A stretch of DNA of 63,722 nucleotides, filler included, from Choristocarpus tenellus KU-1152 (taxonomy: Eukaryota > Protista > Phaeophyceae), in the NCBI GenBank assembly GCA_964200185.2. It is 11 parts of 11 records of this genome, joined end to end, with 100 filler letters (N's around TTAATTAATTAA, not from the genome) between each part and the next. Parts side by side here need not be neighbours in the genome. Positions count along the whole stretch, not along the records: positions 16,048 to 28,917 come from CAXNAD020001679.1; positions 29,018 to 38,350 come from CAXNAD020003769.1; 9 more parts are not named here. One strand, given 5' to 3'. Under the pieces are notes generated by a model. That model did no database searches. It worked only from the letters and a program-made list of their open reading frames with translations, and was not told where the DNA came from. Numbering within the stretch: the first letter of the stretch is position 1; the number at the start of each line of letters is the position of its first letter. Positions 24,042 to 36,934 of this stretch are shown one piece after another. Made by a program: the position numbers and the translations under genes.

Positions 24042-26023
24042 ATGAATCCCCCCAGCCCTGCTCCCTCCATGCACGATATTCCTTCCGTGCATCTCAGAAG
24101 TCCCCCGGTAACAATATCCAAGTGCATTTTTCAGGGGCATACAGGAAGGTATTGTACCATCAATACATTATCACCCACAAACAGAAGAGCCTGTTCCGCC
24201 TCAACCTTGGAGTCCCTCATTTTCAGTTTTCCAACTATCATACTGCAGATTTCTACTCCATAGTGACAACATAGAGTGCCTCAGTGTCTCAAAGTGCCAT
24301 CACTGGCTCATGCTTTGCCCCGGTTGCCTCAGCATCGTGCATTTATCACTTCACACAGGGTCATCACCTTGGGTGAGGTCACTGCGTTTGTGGAGGCTGT
24401 GGCGGCGGAGGTGCGTTTGAATGCAGGCTACGCAAATTTTGTATACCCCTTCGCTTACAGACTTAAGAAAAAAAACGATAAAGAGGGCGAGAAAGAAAGT
24501 GCTGGGGTCGAGGGACAGTCGGATGAGGGTGACGTGGGATCGAGCGACAAACTCTTGCATCTGCTGCGGATGTGGGATCTTTGGGACGTTGTTCTTGTCG
24601 TGAGTCGGATCGATGGTGGCTTCATGATGGCAGAACTCCTTGGACTTAGGAGGTGAGGGAGTGTTCTTTGTCAAGAGAATGTGAAGCACAATTCCATTGA
24701 TCGGTGGAGAGGCCCACGTAGACCTCTGTTCTATTTCGAAGTACAACCTTCGCGTTGTTCTCTCAATGTGACACGCGCAATGCTCTATCCATTTCGTGTC
24801 TCTTTCAACTCCAAAACAACCATTCAACCTCAAGGTACAAGATTGTGGTCGATCGTGCGAAACGAGTTCTGGATCAATATCACCTTGCCCCCCTTATGGA
24901 AGCAATAGATGCCAGCCTAAAGCTACTGAAAGGGGACAATAACGGGGAATGTGGACTGGAAGCAGCAAGCCATTCGAGCTTCCATGATGAGAGAACAAGC
25001 TCTTGCGAGAATCCTACAAGCACCACCCATAGCAAGTATTCACCGGCACATGAAGGTAATAAGAAGTGTGTCAACATAGATAAGCCTTCAGAAGAGGACT
25101 CCACATCCTCACATCTTGCTGGTCACGAGATATTGAGGGAGGTTCCGGATGCTATGATGAGTGCAACTGGCATCAGTGTGTCATATTCGAAAGGGGTGGC
25201 CAGCACTCACCGCACCACTGACTGTAATGCCCCTAGCGGCTCTAGTGATGCAACGAAAAGAGGCCCAAGCCATCGGGCAGTTCTTCCCCTTGCACGACTC
25301 TCGATCTCCCCAGAAACAGTGGAGTTTCCTGCGAAACACAAACCATCATTTATGGGAAGCAAGGGGGTGGGGAAGAAGAGAGGACAAGTCAACCACTTTC
25401 TCAATGCTGCACCTAGGAGCGAGACATCTAGTGATAGTCCTGCTTATTGTGGTGATGAGCTGGCCCGAATAAACAACAATCAAAAATGTATAGAAATGTC
25501 ACAAGCAAACCCTGCAGGATGGAGTCATACAAGGAATGAGCTCAGTCAGAACTTAGATGTTGCCATCCCTATAGGTCGACGGAAAGAAAGGAGGGTAACC
25601 CTGGCGAAGAGACAAATCAACAGCCCTAGCATTCCCCATCATTCCACGCCAGATCTGACGAAGGAAATAAGTACTGATTCATTGGTGTGGAACAGTTCTT
25701 GTGACACATTCAGCTGCAACACTAGGGAGAAGACTGCTGCAGTAACAAAGTCTGTTGTGCAGGAGTTACCAAAGAATGCTTTGTACCCCCCTGCTCTCAA
25801 GCAAGTTGATGAACGTTGGGAACAAACATTGACTGCTAAAGAATGGTGCAATACCCTCAACACCCCAATACCGGCTATGACAATAAAGCATGGAGATAAG
25901 AGTAGGGGTGTGGTCAAAGACATTGTTGTCTCCAGGGGGAAGAATAAGAACGAGGAGGTCAGCCCTAGGGCTTGGACACGAGAGGCCTGTGTGACCACCC
26001 CACTCCAATTCATTGCATCTTGA
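24042..26023 (+). CDS. IMPACT/YigZ (UPF0029) domain protein with a long low-complexity C-terminus. Exons 24042-24148, 24359-24652, 24835-26023
   Basis: Spliced product ...ISKCIFQGHTGR|VITLGEVTAFV...PFAYRL...SDEGDVGSSDKLLHLL...VVLVVSRIDGG...LLGLRR|YKIVVDRAKRVL matches the IMPACT pattern KS.F.AH..RV, AYR, DDGE, VVSRW.GG, LG..RF. Both introns are phase 2 GT-AG. Confidence 0.82.
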
Positions 26024-26966
26024 TAGAGTAGAAAGCGATATATACAAGTCCGTCGTACGTACAAAGGATGCTCTACGGATTTGGTTAGAAAATGAGATCG
26101 TTTTGCTACTCCAATATATCTATATTAATGCAATCTGATTCAAGTTGGAAGAAAATTAATACTCAGGTGGTTAAATGATGAGAAGCAACATGTGAAATTA
26201 GATTAAATATCTGTCACATTTGATCTCAATACAGGAGTAGTAGAGGGTATATTTGTCTGTTCCAAACATTTCTCGTCTCAACTTCACCAAGAATGGCAAT
26301 AATATGAAGGGTGAATATACAACACGATGCATGTCTGGGTCCACCACACTGCCACCCCATCTGCACTGCAGCATGAATGGGAGTCTAGACTACCACAACA
26401 TAATTTTTTGCTGGGAGAGCATTCACAGACATCAACTTCCTAGGTAGCATGAAGTAGTAGAGTAGAAGCAATACTGCCGTACTTCATAAGATATTATACT
26501 AACTGACAGATATACCCAAGTTCTGATTGTTTTGAATTAAATGCTTGTTTTTATCCCCTCTGTAGTAACCCGACTTTCATCTATTTTATCTGTGCAACAG
26601 AAGAAGCCCTAAAAATTGAAGGTGTCATTGCACAAGAACGGTCAACAAACAATCGCCACATTTGAGCGGAGTCCATTTTCGTTTTCTAAGAAAAGACTTT
26701 CCTTCACAATTTCTGGGGATGCTTAGAATGTAACCGTGGATACCTTTGGTTCAGTACAACTCAAGGCCAACAAGAAATTAATTGTGTCCTCATCAAAATT
26801 CTCTTATCTTGGTGACTCCAAGCTATATTTTAAAATATAGTCTGTAAATGAATGGTATGTGTCATTGAGTTACCTTGGGGTAGCTGGGCAAGACCAAACT
26901 GCCTTGATTGGAATAATGCCAATATAAATAATTCTGCTGCTCCTACAATTGATATTATTTCCACAT

Positions 26967-27225
26967 GAGTCAATGTATCTTGGAGGGTAGAGCCGCGTCC
27001 ATTTGTGGGCCAAAATCCAATGTTGCAATTTTTATGTAATTCTGGTTATCATGTTTGTTAGGAGATGTCAATATCTTTGTTCCGGACACTACTTTTCATA
27101 ATGTATACATTTTTTCTGCTCCTCACCATTTTGGAGTAGATAAAAAGTCATAAAATGCCTGTTGGAAGACAAGCCCCTAATGAACAAACAGGGAAAAACT
27201 CGTACCCTCTAAGATAATTTAAGTC
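26967..27225 (+). mobile_element. MITE family B, full length
   Basis: TIRs present; flanks ACAT / GCAT (possible mutated 4-bp target-site duplication). Confidence 0.9.
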
Positions 27226-28890
27226 GCATTCAAAATAATGATAGTAGTAGTAGGTTGGGGGGTAGGGGATATTGCAGAGTAAATAATACCTCCTGTTCTC
27301 TCAATGTTACACGCATAGATATTGTGTAAAGTTTGTTTTCATACATGACTCAATACACCTCAGAGTTGCAAGTACTCACCATTGTTTTGCAGTTCTTCTG
27401 ACTTGCACTTCTTCGCCGGTTCCAATATCCCTGCAGTTAAACCTTTTACCCCAAGTAACGATATTCCAATTCACCTATCCTAGAATATTTGTGATGAAGA
27501 TCAAGGTCTGAAGTCAATCGATCTCTTTTCTCTCAGACTGAGAGAGGGGTGGCATGTATACTATACCTTAAACAGAGAGGCAGTATGTACCACATGTGTA
27601 GTAGTATACTATACTCGGAAGTACTTATCAGAATAGAGTAATTGCACATATATGTACCACGTTTCTTGATACACTTGTTGTGGAGTACAAGACTACAAAG
27701 CACACATTCTTTTTGACACACGGTGGGCAGTTTTATGAGGAGGAGCCTACAGACAAGTATCCAGATCGAGGCTCTCTCAGTTTTATTCCATTTCGAGTAG
27801 GTCCAGTCATTGCAATGCTTTACGTTGCTTCTACCTCACCATAGTAGATCGTCTCAGTTCCCTAATGCAGGGCAAATGGGGTAGATAAATGCGAAAATTG
27901 AATAGTCTCTACCAGTATCCCAAACCAGAATATGATACACATCACAACCTTCCCACATCAAGTCACTCCAGAAACACTAGTGGCCAAGTGGAAAGCTCTG
28001 AAGCCGATTTTATTGTTTTTAACGATGAGACAGCTAAGTTACTGGAATAGCGAATCACCCTACAACCAGCATAACATAACACCTGCATTTTACAACATAA
28101 AGCTTGGCCTTTTCCATGTCAAAGCATTTTCCAGAAAACAAACCTTACAGACAAAAACACCCCGAGCGCTGGATGGACACAGTACATTACAGAGCAAGTG
28201 GCCCAGGTGCCATCGAAGACATTGGACATCATGGAGAAACTGTCACGAGCATTTCCTGGATAATAGATACGTCAAGAGCAAGTTTTTCTCTTGGATAGTG
28301 GATGGGTATATATATAATTTTTTCTTTTTTACATTGTTTCTTCCTCCTTGTGCCACGTCACTTCCCATTTATCGCCTTATTTTCCTTGCAACCTCCGACC
28401 ATAGGTTTGAAGAGACCAAGAAACAGGTACGAAAAAATGGATAATTTCGAGCAAAACGGTTGGGTGTCTTTCTGGACATCGGATATCGTAGGTCATACAG
28501 CCTGGAGTTTTTGCTAGAGAACAGATTTTATGGAGTATGCTGTACCAAGTGGGGTTACCTTGCTAACACTGGGCATAACCCTAGTAAAAAACTACAGATG
28601 ATATCGAACAAGCGGATTTGGGCATTACATGAGGACAACTGACATTGAGTCAAAGTAAACGGGAGGTACCTAGAGTTATAATGGAAAACGGCCCAAAACT
28701 GAATACCTCTCTTTTACTTCGGCTCAGTATAGGGAGTACCATATCTCCGAATGTGGTCACCAATGTCACAGAGCAAATCAGCATGATTGTTGTTGTGGAC
28801 GATGGTAGACGTTAGGGACTCAATGTTAGGGACTCAATATTGATGGCCAACGTTCTAGGGTAACACTACTTCCGTAGGGCATAGTGTTGA

Positions 28891-28917
28891 GAGCCAAAGT
28901 ATCTTAGACGGTAGGAC
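28891..28917 (+). mobile_element. MITE family B terminus at a contig end
   Basis: GAGCCAAAGTATCTTAGACGGTAG. Confidence 0.7.
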
Positions 28918-30145
28918 NNNNNNNNNNNNNNNNNNNNNNNNNNNNNNNNNNNNNNNNNNNNTTAATTAATTAANNNNNNNNNNNNNNNNNNNNNNNNNNN
29001 NNNNNNNNNNNNNNNNNCCCCTGCCCCAGCAACTTCATACTTGATCCTCCAGGGTATCTAGATGCTGCAGTACAGAGTTTTTTTGCAGTTGCTGCATCTG
29101 TAGGAACTATCTGGTGTTCCCTTGTCATAGTATATGGCACAACTCTTTTCTACTAGTGTACATCACGGGTTGTGTATTGACTGACCAGGCGTCGCAGATG
29201 GACGCTTGTTATCCACCAGAAATACTCCCCCTTCTGGAGGAGATGTCACCTTGTTCATAGCACATAGTATGGCGTGATTTATTGCAGTACTATATGTCAC
29301 CCTCAAGAGCTCTCACTGACTTTCCTCTACATAGTAGGCTATTTTAATCTTTGAATATACCCATAATTGCTGTTATTTTTGTTGTCACTCCGTTTTCTTG
29401 TACCATATTCCGCAAGGCCACGTAGATGGGACAAACTATGTACAATGATGCTAATTGTGTATACTAGATATGGCACTGTCGAAGGTACAGTGCTTGTCTG
29501 CACAACAGTATACTTTAGAGTCTGTAGCCCTCGGAACCCTAACCTTAACACTTTTGATTCTACTATGTTATTTTTTTTTGTTCGTGAGCAGCCCTTGACA
29601 TATGCTCAACCATGGACCTTTGTTGAAAGGTTTTGACAGACCGTACCATGCCATGCCATACCATACCATACCATACCCTGGAGGGTCACATCTGACTGGG
29701 TGCTATGCGCAGACTTGTTCCTGTTTCTTTTGGTGGGGTAGGTAGAGCCTGGCACTCATGGAGAATGTTGTTTAGCATGGCAGTTACACTGCACTTCTTG
29801 CAGGAGACCCATTTGTGTGGTGAATCAAAGTCGATCAATAAAAAATATATATATTTAAAGGGCTTGGAACATCTATGGTTGATGGTAGAATGGGAGGGCA
29901 CCAAATTCTGCCAGAACCTTGCTCCTTAGGTGGAAAGTAGTGCCAGATTTCAAGAGAGAAGGGGTATTTGGGACTGTTTTCTTGGCTTGTCGAGGTGAGG
30001 TTTGATTGGGGCACCCCCGTGATGATAGTGGGGAGAGTGTGAAGTGTTGAGAAGTTGAAAGTGAATGTAGCTTGGGTTGTTCTGAAATGTTTACTTTTGA
30101 ATAATGTTTTATAAATTGTATTCTGTTGGCTTGGAAGGGGGAATG

Positions 30146-30316
30146 AAGAAATATTTTACCTTGGCAGGCATTCTCAACATTTTCAATATGCTGAAGAGTA
30201 CAAAGAAGTATTCTACCTTGGCAGGTATTCTCAACATTTTCAGTATGCTGAAGAGTACAAAGAAGTATTCTACCTTGGCAGGCATTCTCAACATTTTCAA
30301 TAGGCCGAAGAGTACA
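30146..30316. repeat. Tandem repeat, 57 bp x3
   Basis: AAGAAGTATTCTACCTTGGCAGGCATTCTCAACATTTTCAATATGCTGAAGAGTACA three times. Confidence 0.9.
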
Positions 30317-30975
30317 ATCTGTTTCAATGATTACTCTTGCCCAAGGGGGCTCTTGGTCAATGCCAGTGTATTAATCCTGGCTACCTATGTTGCTACGCCC
30401 CCCGCTTATTGTCAGAGCAGATGCTTTCGATATGACTTGGTGGTGTAGTGCACTAGAAGGCGTTTTCAACACACTGGAGGCGAGGTCTCTCACTTGCTTT
30501 AGTTCATGTCAAGGATGGAACATGTATGTATCAAACCCATACTAAAAAATGAATTTCTCAGAAATGTGCCAATAGTGTGGAGGAACCCAAAAAGATACGT
30601 AAAAGTTTGAGGTAGGATGGACAGTCATGCAACTATCTACTTTAGGGGAACAGTGACATCTCAGTTCCTCACAAGGTACGAGAACGGTCTCCTCTACGGT
30701 GATTTGCCAGGCCTTATCTTGTACCACTTGCGCATTTGAGGTTTGGTATATGATGCTTAAGTTTTACCACTCCCTATTTTCTTCCAACAATGATTGAGAA
30801 TTGTGTAGTCGAAGGGGTTGCACATGCCTCTGAGATCCCCCCTCTTATATACTCTACTGCTGCAGAGGATGTTGTGACCTTGTTGTATGGGTCAACTCTC
30901 TCCTCAACGAATGGTGTCCCCTGGAATAACCCCTCTGCTTTTGCCATGCCTGTGATACTAGGTGTTTGCCTGCAG

Positions 30976-32092
30976 TGAAGTTGGGTGAGCTTTTGGATTT
31001 GTTATCTGATGGGACTGTGTCGAGTCAAACTGCAAAGATGGTTCTGCGTGTGATGGTGAAGGTAGGATTTTGTTTGTAATCTGGAACCAAATCGTTGTTT
31101 TGTTTTGTTTTTGTGTTGCACATCGCCTTCCTGATTATTTGTAAAGAGGCGGAAACTTGGTGGAAACTTCCACTTGCCCCGCCTCTTCCTTCTTGTTGCA
31201 TTCAATCCCCCACCCCAAGCCCCGTACAAATCCTGATTTGGTTTGTTGGTGTTCAAGGAGGACCTTGAGAATTCACCGCTCCAGATAGTGGATGCCAGAG
31301 GACTGCGGCAGATATCGGACAGGACAGAGATTGAGGATCTATGCCGTGGGATCGTTGAAGACCCAAAATATGCAGGGCAGGTATGAGGATACTTGCATCC
31401 CTTGCACGACTTGAACATGATTTTTTTAGGGGTAGGGGGTTAACTCTCTGATATAGTGTGCTTACAAAACACTTTTTTCTTTTCTTTTTTTCTGTAGAGC
31501 CAGTTACAACAAGGGATCGTGCGTGTCTGTTTTTTGTTTGCGTTGCCACATGGGGGGAGACGTATTTATTTGCTGTTGTGGACTGAAGGTCATTGGTGTG
31601 AGTTTCAAGTAGGGGTCCTGGTTGTTGTCAATATGAAGGATATGTTGTAGTTTATCTTTTTCTTTGGTGGTTATTTTTCTGAGTTATTTGCCTTCTTTGT
31701 GACCCTATGATGTAAGGGTCTCTAGAGTAGTTCTTTTTGTTTAACGTAGGATTAACTCAAAGTGTGGAGCACGCTTGAGTGGTTGGAGTTATTTTGAAAT
31801 ATAAGCACCCGCTACAATGCATATTTGGTTATGAATACTCATAGCACTCCATTGTATTCATTATTGATAGTGTTATCCAACTCACCCAGTCCAATTCCTT
31901 TCCCTTCACCACTGTGCTTTCGTCTTGCCGACATAGCTACTCAAGTACCGTGAGGGCAAGTCCAATTTGTCCAAGTTCTTCATGGGACAGGCCTTCAAGG
32001 CCACGCGAGGAAAGGCTGATGGCAGGATCGTGGAGGAGTGCATGATGCGCCTCTTGGGTCGCAGAGTAGGAGACAGGGAGGGTGGCAAATAG
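30976..32092 (+). CDS. GATB: Glu/Asp-tRNA amidotransferase subunit B (organellar GatB), 3' exons 30976-31061, 31258-31380, 31937-32092
   Basis: KLGELLDLLSDGTVSSQTAKMVLRVMVK|EDLENSPLQIVDARGLRQISDRTEIEDLCRGIVEDPKYAGQ|LLKYREGKSNLSKFFMGQAFKATRGKADG is the GatB helical/YqeY tail; splice phases consistent, stop at 32090-32092. Confidence 0.9.
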
Positions 32093-34123
32093 CTAAAGGA
32101 AGTCCCACCTTGGACAGGATCGGTGGGGCTATTTTTTGGTTACTATCCCGAGAAATATGTTGAGTGATGTTCATGGGCCTCATGAATGAAGGGTTCATAA
32201 AGTCATTACCGCCCTACCCACCCCCATCGGGTTGATCACGTACCTCTTATGTTCGTAACTGTTCTAATGGAGTTATTGTCATTTATATTATTGATGTGGG
32301 GTTGATGATCGGTTACATTTTCCCTTCCCCCTACTAAAATGTTTTGGTTAACTTATCTTCCATGTTGATGGCCCTGTTTCCTTGCGCTGTGGTTAACATA
32401 TTAGATGAGGTTGGTGTGGGCTGGAGTAGACATAGTAGAGTGTAACCTGGAAGCAAATGTCTACGCAAGAAAGTTGCTCCTCTCACAGTACTGGCTCTTT
32501 TGCTTGATTCCCTCTTTTTTTCTGTTGCATAGTCTTTGAACAGTCTGAAAATTATGAGTGTGGGAGAGGAGTGCTTTTTTGTTGTTGTGTAGCAGTGGTG
32601 GCGTCTTGGATTCACTAAACTCCCTTGGCTGAACAACATTGGGTTAGGGTTCCTGACTTTTCTTGATAGCACCACCGTACAATACAGTAGTGTAACCACC
32701 TTGTCTCAATGCAATGAATGGTTGGTGCAGGTGTAAAGTGGGGATCAATGAGATGTTGCATCACAGAAATGTGGCAGAGGATAAGCCAATTAACTCTACA
32801 GTGGCCTGGTCTCGAACTCGTGTTCTCCTACATTTTTCAAGAGGAACAATGGATTACACTTTTGGCAGACCTGTGAAGTCAGCACATATGAGGATTTTGT
32901 GTACTTGCAAGGTGAGGACAAATGGCAACGAGGGATGATATTGTGCTTTGCACAGAGCCATGTTTCCTCGTAAGAGAGGTCTGCATAGGAGGTCCTTGTA
33001 CAAAGTTCAGGAACCAAGCCAAATAGTACCTGACCTGGGCAAGCAAAAAGGGGTCTTGTGGGGAATGAATGGTGCCGTTTACCCGGCAACCTGGTAATTC
33101 GACTCATCTCTTAAAAGGGATAATTGGAGGGCACTGATATTTTTCTTGGGGTTTGCTTCTTGAAGACTTACTTTTTGACTTTACCCCTTCAATAATACCT
33201 TAGTATCAATGACACCCTCTCTCTCGTACCTTGTCATGTGCTCGGCAGGCAAAGATGACTTAGCAAAGAGCTAACTGCAACACAGCCAACCCCTCAAAAG
33301 CATAGCACTCCCTGCTTCAAGAACACATTTCTCAAAGGTGGTACACAATACTATCAACCTATCGTCTCACGACACGGAGTATGATTCCTCAACCAGGGTC
33401 ACCTCCAATGCACACACAAGCACGGACTGTCACAAACACAGACTGGGAACGATCTACACATCTTTTGCCTTCTACCTATTACACCCTCCTTCTCCTGACA
33501 CTGGTCTTCAGTGGGTCAAGCAACACTATGGTTAGCTCAGAGACATGGTAACACCATGCACCTAAAGCCTCTTTCGCCTCCGTCCATGGATATCATTAAA
33601 ATATAACATATGGTCAGCTCACATGTAATACAAAGTTCTCTTTGAGATAACTACAGGAAAATGCAGGGGAACAAGGACCAGCACTGTAGGACAATTAACA
33701 AAAGTATCGTCTTATGTGGACACACAACACACAGATATTTTGTCAAGAAACTGTAACAAAACACATACCCATACAAACCACAAATACACCCTATGTGGCC
33801 AAACTGACAAAATCAGAGTACACCAAAAAACAGAACAAGGGTATCAGAACCACAACAAATGTGCACGAACGAATATTGCTTCACATCAATTCCTACGGGG
33901 TGTTACAAAGGAGCAAAATTCTACCACCACTCACCTAGGTATGTGATTCCTACCTATACAAAAACTGCATTAAGGTTCATTTTGGTGTTACGCACAGTAT
34001 TTTATCCCTCACAGACAAGCAAAAAAATCACTGATCACTTCCTTCATTCAGCAATACAAGCAAGAAGCACGCATATGTGTCACCTCCCCCTTTCCCAACT
34101 TTACACAACAGTTCAATGTCTAC

Positions 34124-36934
34124 TTAGAAGCTTCCTGGGCACTGTCTGCCCATTGAACCCCCACCGCTGCGATGTCGTCGGTGACTTTCTTGCCGCCTTC
34201 CACTTTCACCACCAGGTCTGTGGTGATCCTCCTCAATAATTGGCACATGAAGTGAGCAAGGAGAGGAATTAAAATTCCCTGTCCTCAAAGGATCAGGATG
34301 CCTGAGTGGACCCACCGAACTAGCTAATGTAGCCCTGGCAGCACCAGGATGAAGACTGTCTGCCCCCCCTCTTCTTGTTGAGGTTGCTGTCCCCACTGCC
34401 CCCAGTCTTCCTGCTGCCACATCACCTTGTGACAAGAGAAAATCCTCCTTTGGTGTATTAGGGTGAAGGAAACGCAACCTATCAATTGATTGGATAAGGC
34501 TGTGGAGGTTCTTGTAATGTCTATCCTCATTCCTAGTGTTCCTAGCATGGAGACCATTATCGCCCACGCGCACAAGCACCTTGGACACTCTAGATTCTCC
34601 TGCAGCATAGTGCACAGCCAGTGCTTTGTGATGCGTAGTTGACAATCGGATCATAAAAGTGCCTTTTGCAGCAGTTTCCAGTTCCCTCTGTACATACTCT
34701 TTCAATAAGAAGCCCTTCAAGACCTGACGCTGCTTCCACATCTTAGTCTTGAAGAGTACCTTTATGGCATCCCACAACCATCCCCAGAATACCTTGAAGT
34801 GCGCATGGGGAATTGGAGCCAAAGACAAAGGACACATGTGAGTCTTTGCCACGACTGCAGGAGAAGTCACCCCCTTCCACAGGTCAGCATCCTGAGCAAA
34901 TGTATCGAAGTCTGACTCTGTCAAGGGGCGCTCCTTTGCCCCTGGTACCCGCTCACGGAAGTCCACTGCCAACCCCTTCCAGCAAAGCAAACCCCACGGA
35001 AGGCTGTCATCCCCTGCAGTTTCCCCCTTCCAAGACCCCAACCCACTGTGAGATTCAGCAGCAGCAGCAGTAGCAACTTGTCTCCACAAGTGCTGCAAGG
35101 CATCTGTTGAAGATTGATTTGGACTTGGAGGGGGAGGGGGAAGGGACTCCATGTACTCAGACATAATCTGTAATGCCAGCCAGCACAGGGAACAGTAAAA
35201 GGAGAAAAGGGAAGAAGGGAGTCAATTCACTGAATGGTTCTAAGTGAACCAAAATGTTTTCTTATTCCACTCTGGAGAAGTCAGTCATGAGCCGCAACAT
35301 TGCCCAGTTGGTCCCAAGAACATAGAGAACAGTTTCTCACTTCTCACCCTCACTCGAACAACGCCAAGGATAAGGGATGAATGATCCTTGGTAACAAATA
35401 TGGTTGAAAAGACCAAAAAGGTTGCAAAACCAGTGCATTCTATTTGACAAATGCACTAGGCATTTGATTGGTTGTTCCACAGAACTTTTTTTGTCCTTCT
35501 GAATTTCACCAACCACTCCACTCAGCAAGGGGACTGACAATAATTTAAAGAGGTGTCGGAGGAAACACCCAATCAACATCCCAACAGACATACACTCGCC
35601 TTTGGGATGAGCTCCTTGAGCACTTCCTTCTCATCCAGGAAGAGGTTTTTATCAGTTACCTTTGTCGAAAGCTGCTTTACGCAACCCGGGTGTCCCCGCA
35701 GCGCCTCCACAATTTTCCCCCTGGAAAATATCTCAAGGAGCTTATCTGCATCCAAGTCACCCTCTCCATCGGGGTTGAGCTCCTGCACTGTTAGCTTTCG
35801 AGCACAACACTTCACAAACAGCTTAGCCGTGCTGGATGGCAGAGTAGGAGTCGGGGGTGCAAGAGGAGGCATGAAGAAGGGGACAAAATCTGATTACTCA
35901 CAAGCTGCAAGTTGTGGTCTGGATTAATGACTATAGGTCTGTTGGGGGTGCAGGGAAGAGTTAGGGGGGTTCTCATGTGAGGTATGTTCTATCCTCTGAT
36001 TATCTAAACCCTAACACTATTTCTTGGCTATGCCAATCAAGTCATTGCCCTTACGTCTGCATGGCAGTTTCTCTATAAAACAGCAAAATACTACAGTTAC
36101 AGGCAACAAAAAATAAAATACACAAATGATTGATCCAATTACTGCATTATGTTCCGTGAAAATAGTTAATCCCACCCATGTCTAAGGGACAGGAATTGAT
36201 AGGCGTTCTCAGCACCAGATCCACCTCCATTTGACACCTTCTCATACCCAATATATGTACAGCATTCAACCAAAAAATGCGAGGACTTCTGATGAGATGT
36301 AAATAACATAATGGTAAGAAGCACGCATAAGCCCAAGGAATACATCAACATAGGATTGCTGGCCGGACCCAGAAGGACCCAGAGGCCCTTGTCATTTGTA
36401 AATGCGACAAAAACAGAACGCCAAGTAGGTATAGAGACAAAACAGCACAAAGCAGAGCATCACATGCCTGATAATTCAACACATAAAACACTCACAAGTA
36501 TTTACACACAATACACACGAGAAGTATATATAAAACTAAACAAAGGAACAACTGCATGTGTAAGAATAGCTAAGCACCCAACCCGCACAAACTTGCTTCC
36601 ACACAACTTCAATGTTCCCTCTAATATAAACTTGAGAACATGCACACCTGATCTTTTTCAGCCCCTTCACCTCCACCACCTCTCCTGTCAACCTTGCAGG
36701 TGGGCATGACTTTGTTCCCTTCATTGTTACCACAGCTCTCAGCTGAGGTACATCTCGCAACAGTTTCTGTAAGAAGTCATAGAGCCATACCCTCTGGTCC
36801 CCAATGAGAAGACCTTCCACACACCCATCAAGTACCAGAAGAGGTTTTCGTGACAGATGACGATTGACATGTCTTGCAATCTCATCCACCACTTTGTCAT
36901 CATGGGCTGGGAGGGACTTCAGTCCAAAGCCATT
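34124..36934 (-). CDS. STAND/NB-ARC-like NTPase fused to a STAT-type linker + SH2 domain, 5' part missing. Exons 36934-36648, 35831-35600 (or 35594), 35167-34124
   Basis: Walker B-like PLLVLDGC, sensor-1-like LRAVVT, VVEVKGL...TAKLFVKCC and GxP motif LRGHP; then STAT linker LPWGLLC...RPLTESDF...FWGWLWDAIKVL and SH2 GFLLKE...GTFMIRLS...LRFLHPNTPKEDF. Confidence 0.82.

Noticed and set aside
27500-27760. Cys-rich minus-strand segment (QKECVLCS...KRGTYMC) resembling a piggyBac C-terminal zinc ribbon
   Set aside because: Short, and I could not find the transposase core or termini.
29686-29745. VTSDWVLCADLF as an upstream GatB exon
   Set aside because: No convincing splice sites or phase match; similarity too weak.
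30104-30448. ORF with a 19-aa repeat (KKYSTLAGILNIF) as a repeat protein or CRISPR-like array
   Set aside because: A plain 57-bp tandem repeat with no unique spacers; open on both strands simply because the unit length is a multiple of three.
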